A stretch of 64,000 bases of DNA from contig NC_043007.1 in assembly GCF_006345805.1 (NCBI RefSeq), positions 56,544,001-56,608,000 on the forward strand, read 5' to 3'. This DNA comes from Octopus sinensis (Eukaryota). The notes below the pieces were generated by a model, which saw only the letters and a program-made list of their open reading frames with translations, ran no database searches and was not told the DNA's origin. Positions 1-10,888 of the stretch are shown one piece after another; the stretch's first letter is position 1, and each line of letters starts with the position of its first letter. Both the position numbers and the translations under genes were made by a program.

Positions 1-295
1 TCCCTCAAATCACACCTTACTGTCTTATCTTTCTGCTACTTGGATATAGGTGTTATATTCGTCGTAAAAAACTTTCCTATCACACACTCACGCACACGCA
101 CACACACACACACACGCACCCTCACACAAACACACACGCGCGCACACCCACACACACCCACTCACACACACGCACGTTAGCTTACAATTTTATTTATATT
201 TTGCGTGTGTATGTGTGGAAATAGGAAGTGGGAAGCAGAGTGAAAGAATCACTCACTACAGTAAGTCAATTACTTTCATTTTATTCGTTGCCCAC

Positions 296-538
296 TGTGT
301 GTGTGCGTTTGCGTGTGGTGTAAACCAGACTAAGAAAAGCATTTGACACACACACCAGAATGTGAGTTTTCTGTAAATTTTGCTTAATTGGAGTTTAAAT
401 TTTAAAAACTGGACCTGGCATGACGCGATGCATTGTACTCTTAAAACTGCTAGGTAAATTGTATAAGAAGAAATCCTATATTGTAGATTTGTATAACTCC
501 CAAAGGGAGGCAGATAAAATCTGCCTTTTATAATAAGA
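296..538 (-). mobile_element. Partial (5' end only) copy of the non-autonomous Helitron, head-to-tail with the full copy
   Basis: Near-identical to ~1304-1543. On the minus strand it starts TCTTATTATAAAAGGCAG immediately after the CTAG terminus of the full copy. Confidence 0.7.
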
Positions 539-1540
539 CTAGCAGTATCGCCCGGCGTTGCTCGGGTTTGTAAGGGAAATAACTATATAAGCATTTTTAG
601 AGAGTTATAGCAAAAAGTAGCAAAAAAATGCATAAAAATTGAAAAAAAATTAAGGTAAATTTTTCTTTAAATCGTTGACACATCGTAGAGATATTTTTAG
701 AGAGTTACTTCCCTTATAAAAGCGAAAAAGATGCATTAAAATTAAAAAATATGATGGTAATTTTTTTTTAAATCGTAGTAGACTCATCGTAGACGCGCGC
801 TAATACCCAGAAGGGCTCGTTTTTATTCTGGGTAACTTTCTGTAAAATTATTAAATTTGTTCAACATCGCTATAGAAAATGGGTTATTAGCTAATATTCA
901 ATGGGGTATACAACAAAATTTTACGATAGAATTTGTTATTCTGGGTAACTTTCTGATACCCATAATAATATTTATGGCAAAATAGGCCTTAATTTCATTA
1001 AGTTGGGGAAATAACAAACTATCCTTTCTTTCGGTTTGTTTCGTTTAGCGTAATGATTTCAAATAGGCTCATTCGAAAAAGTAAATAGAAATAGTCTAAG
1101 GCTTTCCTCTTCTGGGAAAGTCTGTGGCTTGGTCCAGTTTCTTCAGAAAACTCACCGAAAGAAACAGTTTTAAATTTTCACTCCATTCAGGTACCAATTC
1201 GTTTTCTTTATCGCTTCGGATTCACTGTTTTCACTTTAATAGCTGCAAACTTGCAAAAACAAAGGAGGAGAAGGGTGATAGCGTCAGTGAAACAATTCGC
1301 TCCCTTGTGTGTGCGTTTGCGTGTGGTGTAAACCAGACTAAGAAAAGCATTTGACACACACACAGAATGTGAGTTTTCTGTAAATTTTGCTTAATTGGAG
1401 TTTAAATTTTAAAAACTGGACCTGGCATGACGCGATGCATTGTACTCTTAAAATTGCTAGGTAAATTGTAATTGAAGAAATCCTATATTGTAGATCTATA
1501 ACTCCCAAAGGGAGGCAGATAAAATCTGCCTTTTATAATA

Positions 1541-1545
<5 letters not shown>
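539..1545 (-). mobile_element. Non-autonomous Helitron (~1.0 kb)
   Basis: Minus strand begins A|TC (1546|1545) and ends CCCGAGCAACGCCGGG hairpin (566-551) + 8 nt + CTAG|T (542-539). 5' subterminal hairpin GGCAGAT-AAA-ATCTGCC at 1514-1530. Internal ~100-bp tandem duplication. No TIR or TSD. Confidence 0.75.
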
Positions 1546-1618
<73 letters not shown>

Positions 1619-1690
1619 TATTTACATATATATATGAACATATAACATTCAACAATATTAAGGAATGGCCTTGATAGGCCATTCGACCCA

Positions 1691-2324
1691 CTAGAAAGAG
1701 CAGCTAAACTCAAACCGCTAAATAGTTGTAATTCAGAAACCAAAGGAAAATATAAACATTTACCCTTATCATCTTTGGACTATGCATAGTTTCGACATAC
1801 ATATTGGCAAACCGATTTAATTAAATTAAATTAAATCTATTTGCCACTGGCTTGTCTCGTCAGCAAAGAAGCCAGGGAAATATATATCCACGAGGCGACA
1901 GCATTATATAGTCTGTTGACTATTTTTTCTTTCTCACTGGACCGCTGGTGGCGAAAAATTTCTCTTGAATTTTTTGCTACCCTGACATTGATTAATTAAT
2001 GATTTTTTGGCTAATTCTGAAATTAAATCAACAGTTTATATTTGCTGCTGATAAGTTGGCGCGGTGACGGTAGATTTTGAAAATTTAGAATATATTTTCT
2101 CGAGGCGTCGATGTTGTCGCCTCGTGGATATATATTTCCCTGGCTTCTTTGCTGACGAGACAGGCCAGTGGCAAATAGATTTAATTTAATTTAATTAAAT
2201 CGGTTTGCCAATATGTATGTCGAAACTATGCATTGTCCAAAGATGATAAGGGTAAATGTTTTTATTTTCCTTTGGTTTCTGAATTACAACTATTTAGCGG
2301 TTTGAGTTTAGCTGCTCTTTCTAG
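1691..2324. mobile_element. Foldback/MITE-like element with 214-bp inverted arms
   Basis: 1691-1904 is the reverse complement of 2111-2324 (about 4 mismatches seen), with a 206-bp spacer. Both ends are CTAG. Confidence 0.7.
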
Positions 2325-2746
2325 ATCCTGATTAAATAAGGATCCCATATTGTGGCTTTCTCTTCAGGAAAAAAATAGGAATTCCGTTGGCAGAACAAAA
2401 CAGAACAGAGGCGCAGCAAAGCAATTTGAACGAGGCGGCTCTTTAAGAGCCCATGGGTGAACTGATTATCAATGTACGTTGAAATCGGGTGGTGGGTGCG
2501 TTGAAGATATTTACAGGTCAGGCGGTTAAACTTTTGATTAATCTGCAACAAGATTATTCATCTTTCTATTTTACCAAATATATATATATATATATATATA
2601 TAAAGGACAGGGTTGTAGAAGTGTGACGAAAATTTTTATATATATATATATAAATTTTCGTCACACTTCTACAACCCTGTCCTTGACACAATGTCAATAC
2701 ATCGTTTTAGAAAACAGGTAGCAGGAGTGCAATGCGTGGAAACATT

Positions 2747-2850
2747 AAGAAATAAGTCCCTGGGTTGATTTGTTTGACTAAAACATTAGGTGGTGCCCCA
2801 TATGTCCGCAGTCAAATGACTGAAACAAATAAAAGATAAAAAATAAGAGA
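2747..2850 (+). mobile_element. SINE family B, 3' tail fragment
   Basis: GAATAAGTCC..GGG.TCGATTTG...CAGTCAAATGACTGAAACAA tail shared with the fuller copies at 11869 and 22062. Confidence 0.7.
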
Positions 2851-3019
2851 TAGCGGTTTTTACGTGTTCGTAAATGGTTTTGGACAGTTATCGAAAAATA
2901 ATAGAATAAGATAGTCAGAGTCAGTGCCACGGTATTTAACACCCTATATCAGTGCTACATCACGAATCTCCTAACAATGCGTGTCCTTTTCATCCATCGT
3001 CCTCCTTCTTCCATCTCTT

Positions 3020-3420
3020 CAATGTGAAGCTTCTTGTCCCAGCCCAACAATATACGACCTCTATTTCCTGCCATATATTCTGGCTTCTTTTCTCTCAGTT
3101 CTACAAAGTGCGTTCTCTTTTTCTACGGCTATAATGTCTGTCCTCTACTCCCAACCCTATAATATGCCCTATTTTTCTCATCGTAACCTTGTGTGCCCCC
3201 TTCGCCCTGCCATATAATGCGCGACGCCTCATCGCCTCTTCCCTGCCTTACACTGTGCACCCCTTCTCTCAGCGCTGTAACGTCATTTCCTTCTCCCAGT
3301 CCTACAATTTGGTCCCTTTCTTTAACTTTTACAATGTGCTCCCTCTTCTTCTAGCCCAACAGGGTGCGCCCAGTTCTACCAACCTTACAATGTATACCCT
3401 ATTTTAACAATTTTTTACAA
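3020..3420. repeat. Degenerate ~27-bp minisatellite
   Basis: Recurring CYTACAATGTGYNCCCTYTTCTC-like units, e.g. CTACAATTTGGTCCCTTTC, TTACAATGTGCTCCCTCTTC, CTTACAATGTATACCCTATT. Confidence 0.5.
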
Positions 3421-4808
3421 CTACTTCTATTTAATCTTTACAACAGCCGCAAAAAATGCAGTCTAAAAAATGTGTAATTGACATATGAAGAAGAAAAGAA
3501 TTGTGTTGTTTTATGATTATACAAATTCCCGAGGAAAGTCTGTTGTTTAGCATAATTTGAAGTGTTTAACGTCATATCATATGATAGGGCATGCTGTCAT
3601 GTGGCCCTCTCATTTTTCACTCTCTACTAAAGTTATATCTTGCATCCGCCTCTGTTCCGGCAAGGACCGCCCCAGCTCTCATTATTCTGAGATTTCGTGT
3701 TTTCTGTTAGATTGTGAAATTATATTCAGTTTCTTCAAAATTTGTGCTGCACCTCTAGATTTTAATGCACTAAAACCACACAATATTTCATCCGCCATAA
3801 TTACTGACTTTCTACAAAGTCTTTAAATATCTTTAACTGCCCCATGCTGAGCTTTGTGGTCTTCCTGTCAGCATCCTCTATAGAATACCGTTCTGTAAAT
3901 GTTTTGTGGGTCATGAGGATTGCATATTCATGGCCATCCCATATCTAGTTATGTCTACACTGATCATCTGTCCATATTGTGCCAGGAAGAGGAGCTCTGT
4001 GTAAGAATCGCCAATGTCATCAATGTCTCTGACCATGACATTTGTGTCCTTCATTAATATCGTGCGACCAGCTTATTGGGTGGCATGTGACGGACAATTT
4101 GGGCTTACACTTTAGCACCGTCTTATGTTGTAAACATGATACCTATGCCACTCTACAGCCTGCTGTCATTCCCAATAAATGACATTTCATTTAAAATATC
4201 TGCCATAACTTTTATCAGATCTTCCTGGAATGGAACGTGAAAATGCAGAGACCGTAGCGAAGCGCAGATAAATGACCCTTCACTTGCAGATCTCTATGAT
4301 AGATTATGCTAAGTTAGCACCAGTTTTATAAACCAAATGCTGCCAAGCTGCATTCCTCTTTTCAGCGACTCGCTCCATATCGACAGCAGGTGGGATTAGG
4401 CTTCAAAACACAATTACAAAAGATATCTTTTCATACCATGTATTCTGTTATTTGCCTTTTTGTTGTTTTGTTTATTATGATGTTTTCCATTGGAAAATTA
4501 TCATTGCTTACTACAATCTTCGAGGGGCTTATCTTAGGAAAGAACATTTTTGGGCCTTAGTAAAAGAACGACCCTCTTTATAAACCAAGTTTATAAACAA
4601 TAAATATGTGAATCAGAGAGGGAAATATGTTGAATGAAACCATTACTAATGCTCCTGTATTTTCTCTTTCCCAAAGCCAGGAACTTTCCAGTACCTCCTC
4701 TATGTACATCTCTCTATCTCTCTACCCCACTCAACACACACACACACATACATACATACACATACACTCACATATACATACATACACACACATACATACA
4801 TACATACA

Positions 4809-4839
<31 letters not shown>

Positions 4840-5444
4840 GTTATATAGCATCAGACAAATTATATTGTGTTACATTATTAACTTGTGTAAAGTTTTTTGT
4901 CAGTGGCGGTTGACACAGTGAATTGCGATTCAAAGAAATACATCAATCTAAACAGATTTAACTCTCTAAATAAAATACTTTCTGTTTTTCCTTTTTTATT
5001 TGAAGTATTTTGTACATTCTTTAGTTTTTGTAAAATTGTTCCTTACTAAGACATTATTATACATAAATAGAAACAAACACAAACCCACGTATACATAGAA
5101 ACATACACGCACATGCACACACAAACACAAAAGGCATGTGCACACACACACACGCACGCACACACACACACACATACACGTACACACACAACCACAAACG
5201 CTGCATAGAAATCATCTGGCATTGAAAGAGTTCATATAAATATACACATTACCACGAATAAAGATCCACCATATAGACACGCATGCTTATTGCACATATA
5301 TATGTTTATGAGGTACATTGCATCCCTTTACACCGTGCTGCCACCAGCCGTTTCACACAACCATTGATACAATAAATGACAAATATATAGTCACATGTTT
5401 GTACGTTTGTGGCTTCGTATGTGCGTACATTGCATGTTTGTTTA

Positions 5445-5498
<54 letters not shown>

Positions 5499-5526
5499 TC
5501 TGTGTTAATGTGTGTGTGTGTGTGCA

Positions 5527-5714
5527 TGTTTGTTCCCCATACTCACTTGACCACCGATGCTGGTGTGTTTATATCCCTGTAATGTAGCAGTCCGGCGAGA
5601 GTACTACGCTTACAAAGAATAAGTTCTGGGGTGGATTTATTCAAATAAAAACACTTTAAGGTGGTGCACTATCATGGCCGCACTCAAATGACTGAAACAA
5701 GTAAAATAATAAAA
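5527..5714 (+). mobile_element. SINE family B, 3' half
   Basis: CTTGAC.ACCGATGCTGGTGTGTTTA...ATGACTGAAACAAGTAAAA following a (TG)n tract. Confidence 0.75.
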
Positions 5715-5742
5715 CAGTATACGGAGAAAAAGCAAGGGCGGG

Positions 5743-5792
<50 letters not shown>

Positions 5793-6224
5793 GTATTCTA
5801 GCCAGTCCAATTGCGTGTTACTGTTCCTATTGACGTGCAGTTGCATCTTCCGAGAACTTAGTGAGGACTAATTTGTAAGAAGTTGTACGTTGTGAAAATT
5901 CTTGAGTAACAGACAACTGGATCAGACTATCTAAAATAAACTAATGTTACCTAGGTTTGTATTGAGCAGTTTTCTCTACGATTATCACCGATGAATGGAT
6001 ATGCATGTAAAATACGCAGTAAAGTGTGTATCGATTATATATATATTTATATATATATGTATATATATAAACAGATTTAAAAGATATATATATATCTTTT
6101 AAATCTGTTTCGGGAAAACGTTTTGAATATGCAAATGAAACTCCTGTTCCATTATGCCGGCCAAAATCTAAAGATACTGACTAGTGAGCCGTAGCGATGC
6201 ATGTTTATAAATTCCATCCAAAGA

Positions 6225-6227
6225 TTA

Positions 6228-6324
<97 letters not shown>

Positions 6325-6345
6325 ATCATCATCATCATCATCATC
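6225..6345. repeat. Compound (ATT)n/(ATC)n microsatellite
   Basis: Read directly from sequence. Confidence 0.95.
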
Positions 6346-6575
6346 ATTATATATATATATAGGTATTGGGGCTACAAGCTACAGTAACACCCACTCGTAG
6401 TGGTTAGCTATATTGAGATGGCAGATATACCTCACATTGTCGTGCAGTTACTGTTTATACCTCGTTCAGAGATTTATTATTGCGTATATTTATATATGTA
6501 TATATAGAGTAAAAGAATATAGATCTACACACACAAGTACATTTAGATGTATATTTATATGTGTGTATAAATATA

Positions 6576-6614
<39 letters not shown>

Positions 6615-6681
6615 TACATATATATACATACATACATATATATATATTTATATATATATATACATATCTTTTCTATCTATA

Positions 6682-6714
<33 letters not shown>

Positions 6715-6716
<2 letters not shown>

Positions 6717-7065
6717 TTGTTCGCGCGCGTTGTGTTTGCCCGCCGCGACGACTACCTGACATGCAGTGCTGGTAAACAAGTGGTTCGAAAAAGAATTAGA
6801 GTTTAAGTTCTGGTGTCGGTTTGTTCAAGTAAACACTTCAAGGCGGTGCCCCAGCGTGGCCAGAAGCTGATGACTCAAATAAGTAAAAGATATGTTAAGA
6901 GATATGCGTAAAATGCTTATATCATTCTTAACAAAGGCTACGTGGTTCAAAAGCTCACTTTACAAACATATGGTTACGCGTTCAGTCTCACTGCACTGAC
7001 AACTGGGCGAGCCTGGTGAGTGAATTTGCTAGACGGAAACAGTGTAGAAGCCTGTCGACTATATA
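6715..7065 (+). mobile_element. SINE family B fragments (degenerate tail 6715-6895, head 6933-7065)
   Basis: Similarity to the family B tail (AAGGCGGTGCCCCAGC.TGGCC...ATGACT.AAA) and head (ATGGTT.CG.GTTCAGTC.CACTG...GACGGAAAC..AGAAGCC.GTCG). Confidence 0.6.
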
Positions 7066-7118
7066 AATGTGTGCGTGCGTGTGTGTAAGCATATATATAT
7101 ATATATATATATATTTGC

Positions 7119-7167
<49 letters not shown>

Positions 7168-7287
7168 ATATATATATATGTATGTAATATGTATGTATGC
7201 ATATATATATATATATTTAATATATATATATATATGATTTATATATATGTGTATGTGTGTGTTTATATATGTATATATATATATATG

Positions 7288-7476
7288 TAGGGAGAGTTTA
7301 CGAAAAAAAACAAAAGACGAAGACCGGTGGTGTACAAAACAAACAGATGTATTAGTATAACGCTCAGGAATAGAAAAAGTCTTTTACGTTTCGAGCCTAC
7401 GCTCTTCTACAGAAAGGGACCCAGAAAAAACAAGGAGAGAAAAAATGTGTGTATTGGTTAACGATCTATCATGGCG
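7288..7476 (-). mobile_element. Short repeat, probable Penelope-like terminal fragment carrying a variant hammerhead motif
   Basis: Shares GAAGAGC....GCTCGAAACGT....GACTTT...CTAATAC...CTTCGT.TTTTG with 33400-33595 and 40340-40480. The Penelope assignment is inferred from the hammerhead-like motif. Confidence 0.55.
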
Positions 7477-7731
7477 ACTGATATATATATATATATATTT
7501 GTATTGTTTTATAAAAATAACCTTTCAACCTCATAATATTTTACAAATATATTGAATATATTAAATATAATTATACATCCATAATTCTTTATTTTCTTTC
7601 TTTTATTATTAACAATATGTATTACTGTAACATATTTTCGAGACTTTCTCCTTATATGATAGTGATTAACCAGTGAAATTTGTAAATTATTTAATCCCTA
7701 ATGAGGACTTCACATCCTCGAATTGATTATC

Positions 7732-7765
<34 letters not shown>

Positions 7766-7811
7766 ACACACACACACACTCACAGACACACACATACACA
7801 CACACATATAT

Positions 7812-7851
<40 letters not shown>

Positions 7852-8047
7852 CTCATCGTTAGTAATTCATGAACCCGAAAGAGAAGCACACACTAAGTTA
7901 TAGAACAGTAAGGTGATTAGATAAACATAGTTGTGGCCTGATTCAGCGTTCAACTAGTAGCTACGAGGTCTTTTCTCCCTCCATTTTGAAGAGAGGTAAT
8001 AGACCGCCGACCATTAGGGTCTGAAGAAACGCAATGAAGATAAGCGA

Positions 8048-8248
8048 AAACAATTGCAGCGTGGAGGGTGTTTATAAGCCATTTAATAAACACACAAAAC
8101 CGTTAGATTCATTTCAACATTTAAATTTAATTTGTCAAAATATTTTCGTTGCTTTGAGACCGCGACCTGTTCACTGACAAAAATTCGTGCTAACGGTTTT
8201 GTGTGTTTATTAAATGGCTTATAAACACCTTCCACGTTGCAATTGTTT
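8048..8248. mobile_element. MITE with 59-bp TIRs
   Basis: 8048-8106 versus 8190-8248 are inverted (2 mismatches). A related sequence lies at 41692-41870. Confidence 0.8.
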
Positions 8249-8474
8249 ATATATATATACCTACACACACACACATACACATATATATAAATTATTAAGG
8301 AGGCTATTCGCAATTTACAACCAAAAGGCACAAGTATAGCCCTCACTAAAGTGACTAAGGGTGCTACTTAGCACCAGCATTGCTAGAAATAAGAGTCAAA
8401 ACAACTCTTGGCCACAGACATTCACTTATCTAACGACTGACAACGGAAACGAGCTCCCTACGGCAAGCAAGATA

Positions 8475-8524
8475 GTGTCATATCCTCGATGATTTCAGAT
8501 TTGATTAATCTTCATCAGTGACCC
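8475..8524 (-). ncRNA. Minimal type-I hammerhead ribozyme motif
   Basis: Minus: GGGTCA-CTGATGA-AGATT(aatca)AATCT-GAA-ATCATCGAGGAT-A|TGACAC. Intact core, 5-bp helix II, near-palindromic helix III, AUA triplet, helix I GTCA/TGAC. Confidence 0.7.
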
Positions 8525-8599
8525 ATTACTTTCAGTAATTACATATATGTGTATATGTGTATACACATAGATGTGTGTGTGTGTGCGTGCGTGTGTGTG

Positions 8600-8810
8600 C
8601 ATGTGTGTTTCTGCCCGTGTTTGTCCTGTTTGCCAACCGGTGATGGTTTGTTTATATCTCCATATCTCGCTGTTCTGCAAAAAGAAGTTAATGAAATAAG
8701 TACCTGATTTTTAAAAAATAATTAATTATATATGTCTATTGGTTCGACTAAAACCTTTCAAGGCAGTTACACAACATGGCCGCAGTCCAATGACTGAAAC
8801 AAGTAAAAGA
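8600..8810 (+). mobile_element. SINE family B, 3' half
   Basis: GTTTGTCC...CAACCG.TGATGGT...GGTTCGACTAAAA...CATGGCCGCAGTC.AATGACTGAAACAAGTAAAAGA. Confidence 0.7.
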
Positions 8811-8932
8811 CGCGCACCCTGGCATGTATTCACATATATGCATGGATATATATATATATATATATATACTTGCATACATACATACATACATACATACATA
8901 CATACATACATACATACATACATACATACATA

Positions 8933-9820
8933 CAGGATGCGGTGAATAAACTATCGTCAAAATTACGCAAAAATAACACCGACATCTCATTTTAACAGAT
9001 ATCAGATATATTTACCAAAATTACATAAAAATATCTTGAAATACTACAGAGTAAATTCATTCACTAAATTCACTAAAATCGGCTTCAACCACTGCCTCCA
9101 GACGGCTTCGAATGCTCCTGCAACTTTTCTGGACGGTCTCCTTGTTTAAGTTGGTGAATGCTGCCATAATCCTTGCCTTCAGTTCATCTTTGGTGTTAGG
9201 AGTTTTGTTCGTCTCTCATTCAACTGCACCCCACACATAATAATCAAGGGGGTTGTATTCTGGGGAGTTAGGTGGCCAGATGTTACGGGTGTTGTGGTCG
9301 CAGAAATTGTCTGACAACCATGGCTAAGTTCTCCTGCTTGTGTGGCATGGTGCAGAGTCCTGTCGCCAAACAAAGGGTCTTCCAGCAGCCACACTCTTGA
9401 CCCAGGGCAGCACTACCTCCTCCAGGCACTTGATGCAGGCTCCCTGTTGAGTCTGAGATTATATGGGAAGATGAATGGAGGCATAACGCCGCTATCACTA
9501 GCGATCACGCCAAACAGCATGATGTTTAATGGATGTTTGATTTTTATTACACTCGGTACATGTCCTCGGATTGCACTGTCCTCAGATTGACACACAAACA
9601 CTCGGAAATGTTCGTATTGGAGCTTCTCGCTCGAATAGCACGCAGTACAGCATGCCATCTCCAGATTTCTGAGAGAGTGAATTGCGTCATGGTGCTGTTT
9701 ATCTCAAGACGGTGCCCAACTAATCCTACCATACTGTGTAGTCAACAAAATAAAAAATAAACTAAGCGCATGTGCGCATTCAAAATTACAAAATGTCAAC
9801 AGTTTACGCATCGCACCCTG
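8933..9820 (-). mobile_element. Internally deleted maT (DD37D) Tc1/mariner transposon
   Basis: Minus strand reads RPFVWRQDSAPCHTSRRT*PWLSDNFCDHNTRNIWPPNSPEYNPLDY (37 residues between the Asps) and KHPLNIMLFGVIASDSGVMPP. Degenerate TIRs CAGG.TGCG.TG..TAAACT, TA on both flanks. Confidence 0.85.
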
Positions 9821-9885
9821 TACATGTATATATATACATATATATCTATGAGTCTATATACATATAGACATATATATACATATGG

Positions 9886-9940
<55 letters not shown>

Positions 9941-10326
9941 CATACACATACATATATATATACATACACACACACACGCACACATATATATATATATATA
10001 TATACATACATATATATATATACATGTATATATGTAGATATATATATTTACGTATATATATATATATATAATATATATATACATATTTATATAGACCTAT
10101 ATAGAGAGAAGTTATGAAAGGTAATGGTGTCAATAAGACCTCAAGGTGTCAGGTAATGCTGAATAAATGCTATGGACAGACTATAGTTAAGCTCCAGGTT
10201 CGGTGATTATGCGAATGAGGAGTCCCACGTAGATCATATATCAGCATGTGTACATATAAAATTTTTTTTCAGAATGAGATAAAAATCCAAGGTTATGAAG
10301 GATTTTAAAACATTTACAAATAGAAA

Positions 10327-10374
10327 GTGGTACAGTTGTTTCCGAGATATTTTATATATCCCTTCATCGGAGAC
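10327..10374 (-). ncRNA. Degenerate hammerhead-like motif (CCGATGA core)
   Basis: Minus: GTCT-CCGATGA-A-GGGATA(tataaaa)TATCTC-G-GAAAC-AACT-GTA. Helix II and GAAAC..GTA are present; U4 is C and helix I does not pair. Confidence 0.4.
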
Positions 10375-10522
10375 GGTGTGAGATAATGGTTAAGCAATAG
10401 TTACTCTAAATAAGATATGAAATAGAGAGTGAAGTAGATTAATGAAAATAGACGTGAGATATATAGGGATATTGCATCTGTAGATCCATTATTTAGGCAG
10501 AATGGTATACATATAAGACCTA

Positions 10523-10554
<32 letters not shown>

Positions 10555-10582
10555 CTTTATTTTAAGCAGCAGAAAATTCAAC

Positions 10583-10630
10583 AAAATCTGTTACTCTGAG
10601 TTTCTCGTTGCCGTTCATCAGACAGTTTTT
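10583..10630 (-). ncRNA. Minimal type-I hammerhead ribozyme motif
   Basis: Minus: AAAAA-CTGT-CTGATGA-A-CG(GCAA)CG-A-GAA-ACTCAGAGT-A|ACAG-A-TTTT. Intact core, GNRA-capped mini helix II, palindromic helix III, GUA triplet, helix I CTGT/ACAG plus AAAA/TTTT. Confidence 0.75.
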
Positions 10631-10888
10631 GCTACCACTGGTATTTGAGTACTCTTTTTTCCACCTTGTTTCACATTTATGTGTTTACTCCGGTATATAT
10701 ATATATATATATATAATATATATATATATATATGCATACATATATGTTTACATATATCCGTTCTTAATAAATCACACACATGTATATACATATGTATTTA
10801 CATACATGCATAAGTTTATATACAAGTATACATACGGATATATATATATATATATATATTGATTAAACCTCGCCAAGTTAAATATTTC

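Noticed and set aside
3560-4400. Non-repetitive stretch with faint RTE-like peptides on the minus strand
   Set aside because: No diagnostic motif survives; it cannot be supported without a profile search.
7690-7730. CTAATGA-GGA..TCCTC-GAAT, hammerhead-like
   Set aside because: Two core substitutions and no helix III; at most a dead remnant.
8015-8055. CTGAAGA...GCGAAAAC
   Set aside because: No convincing helix II, and the GAAA lies at the MITE boundary.
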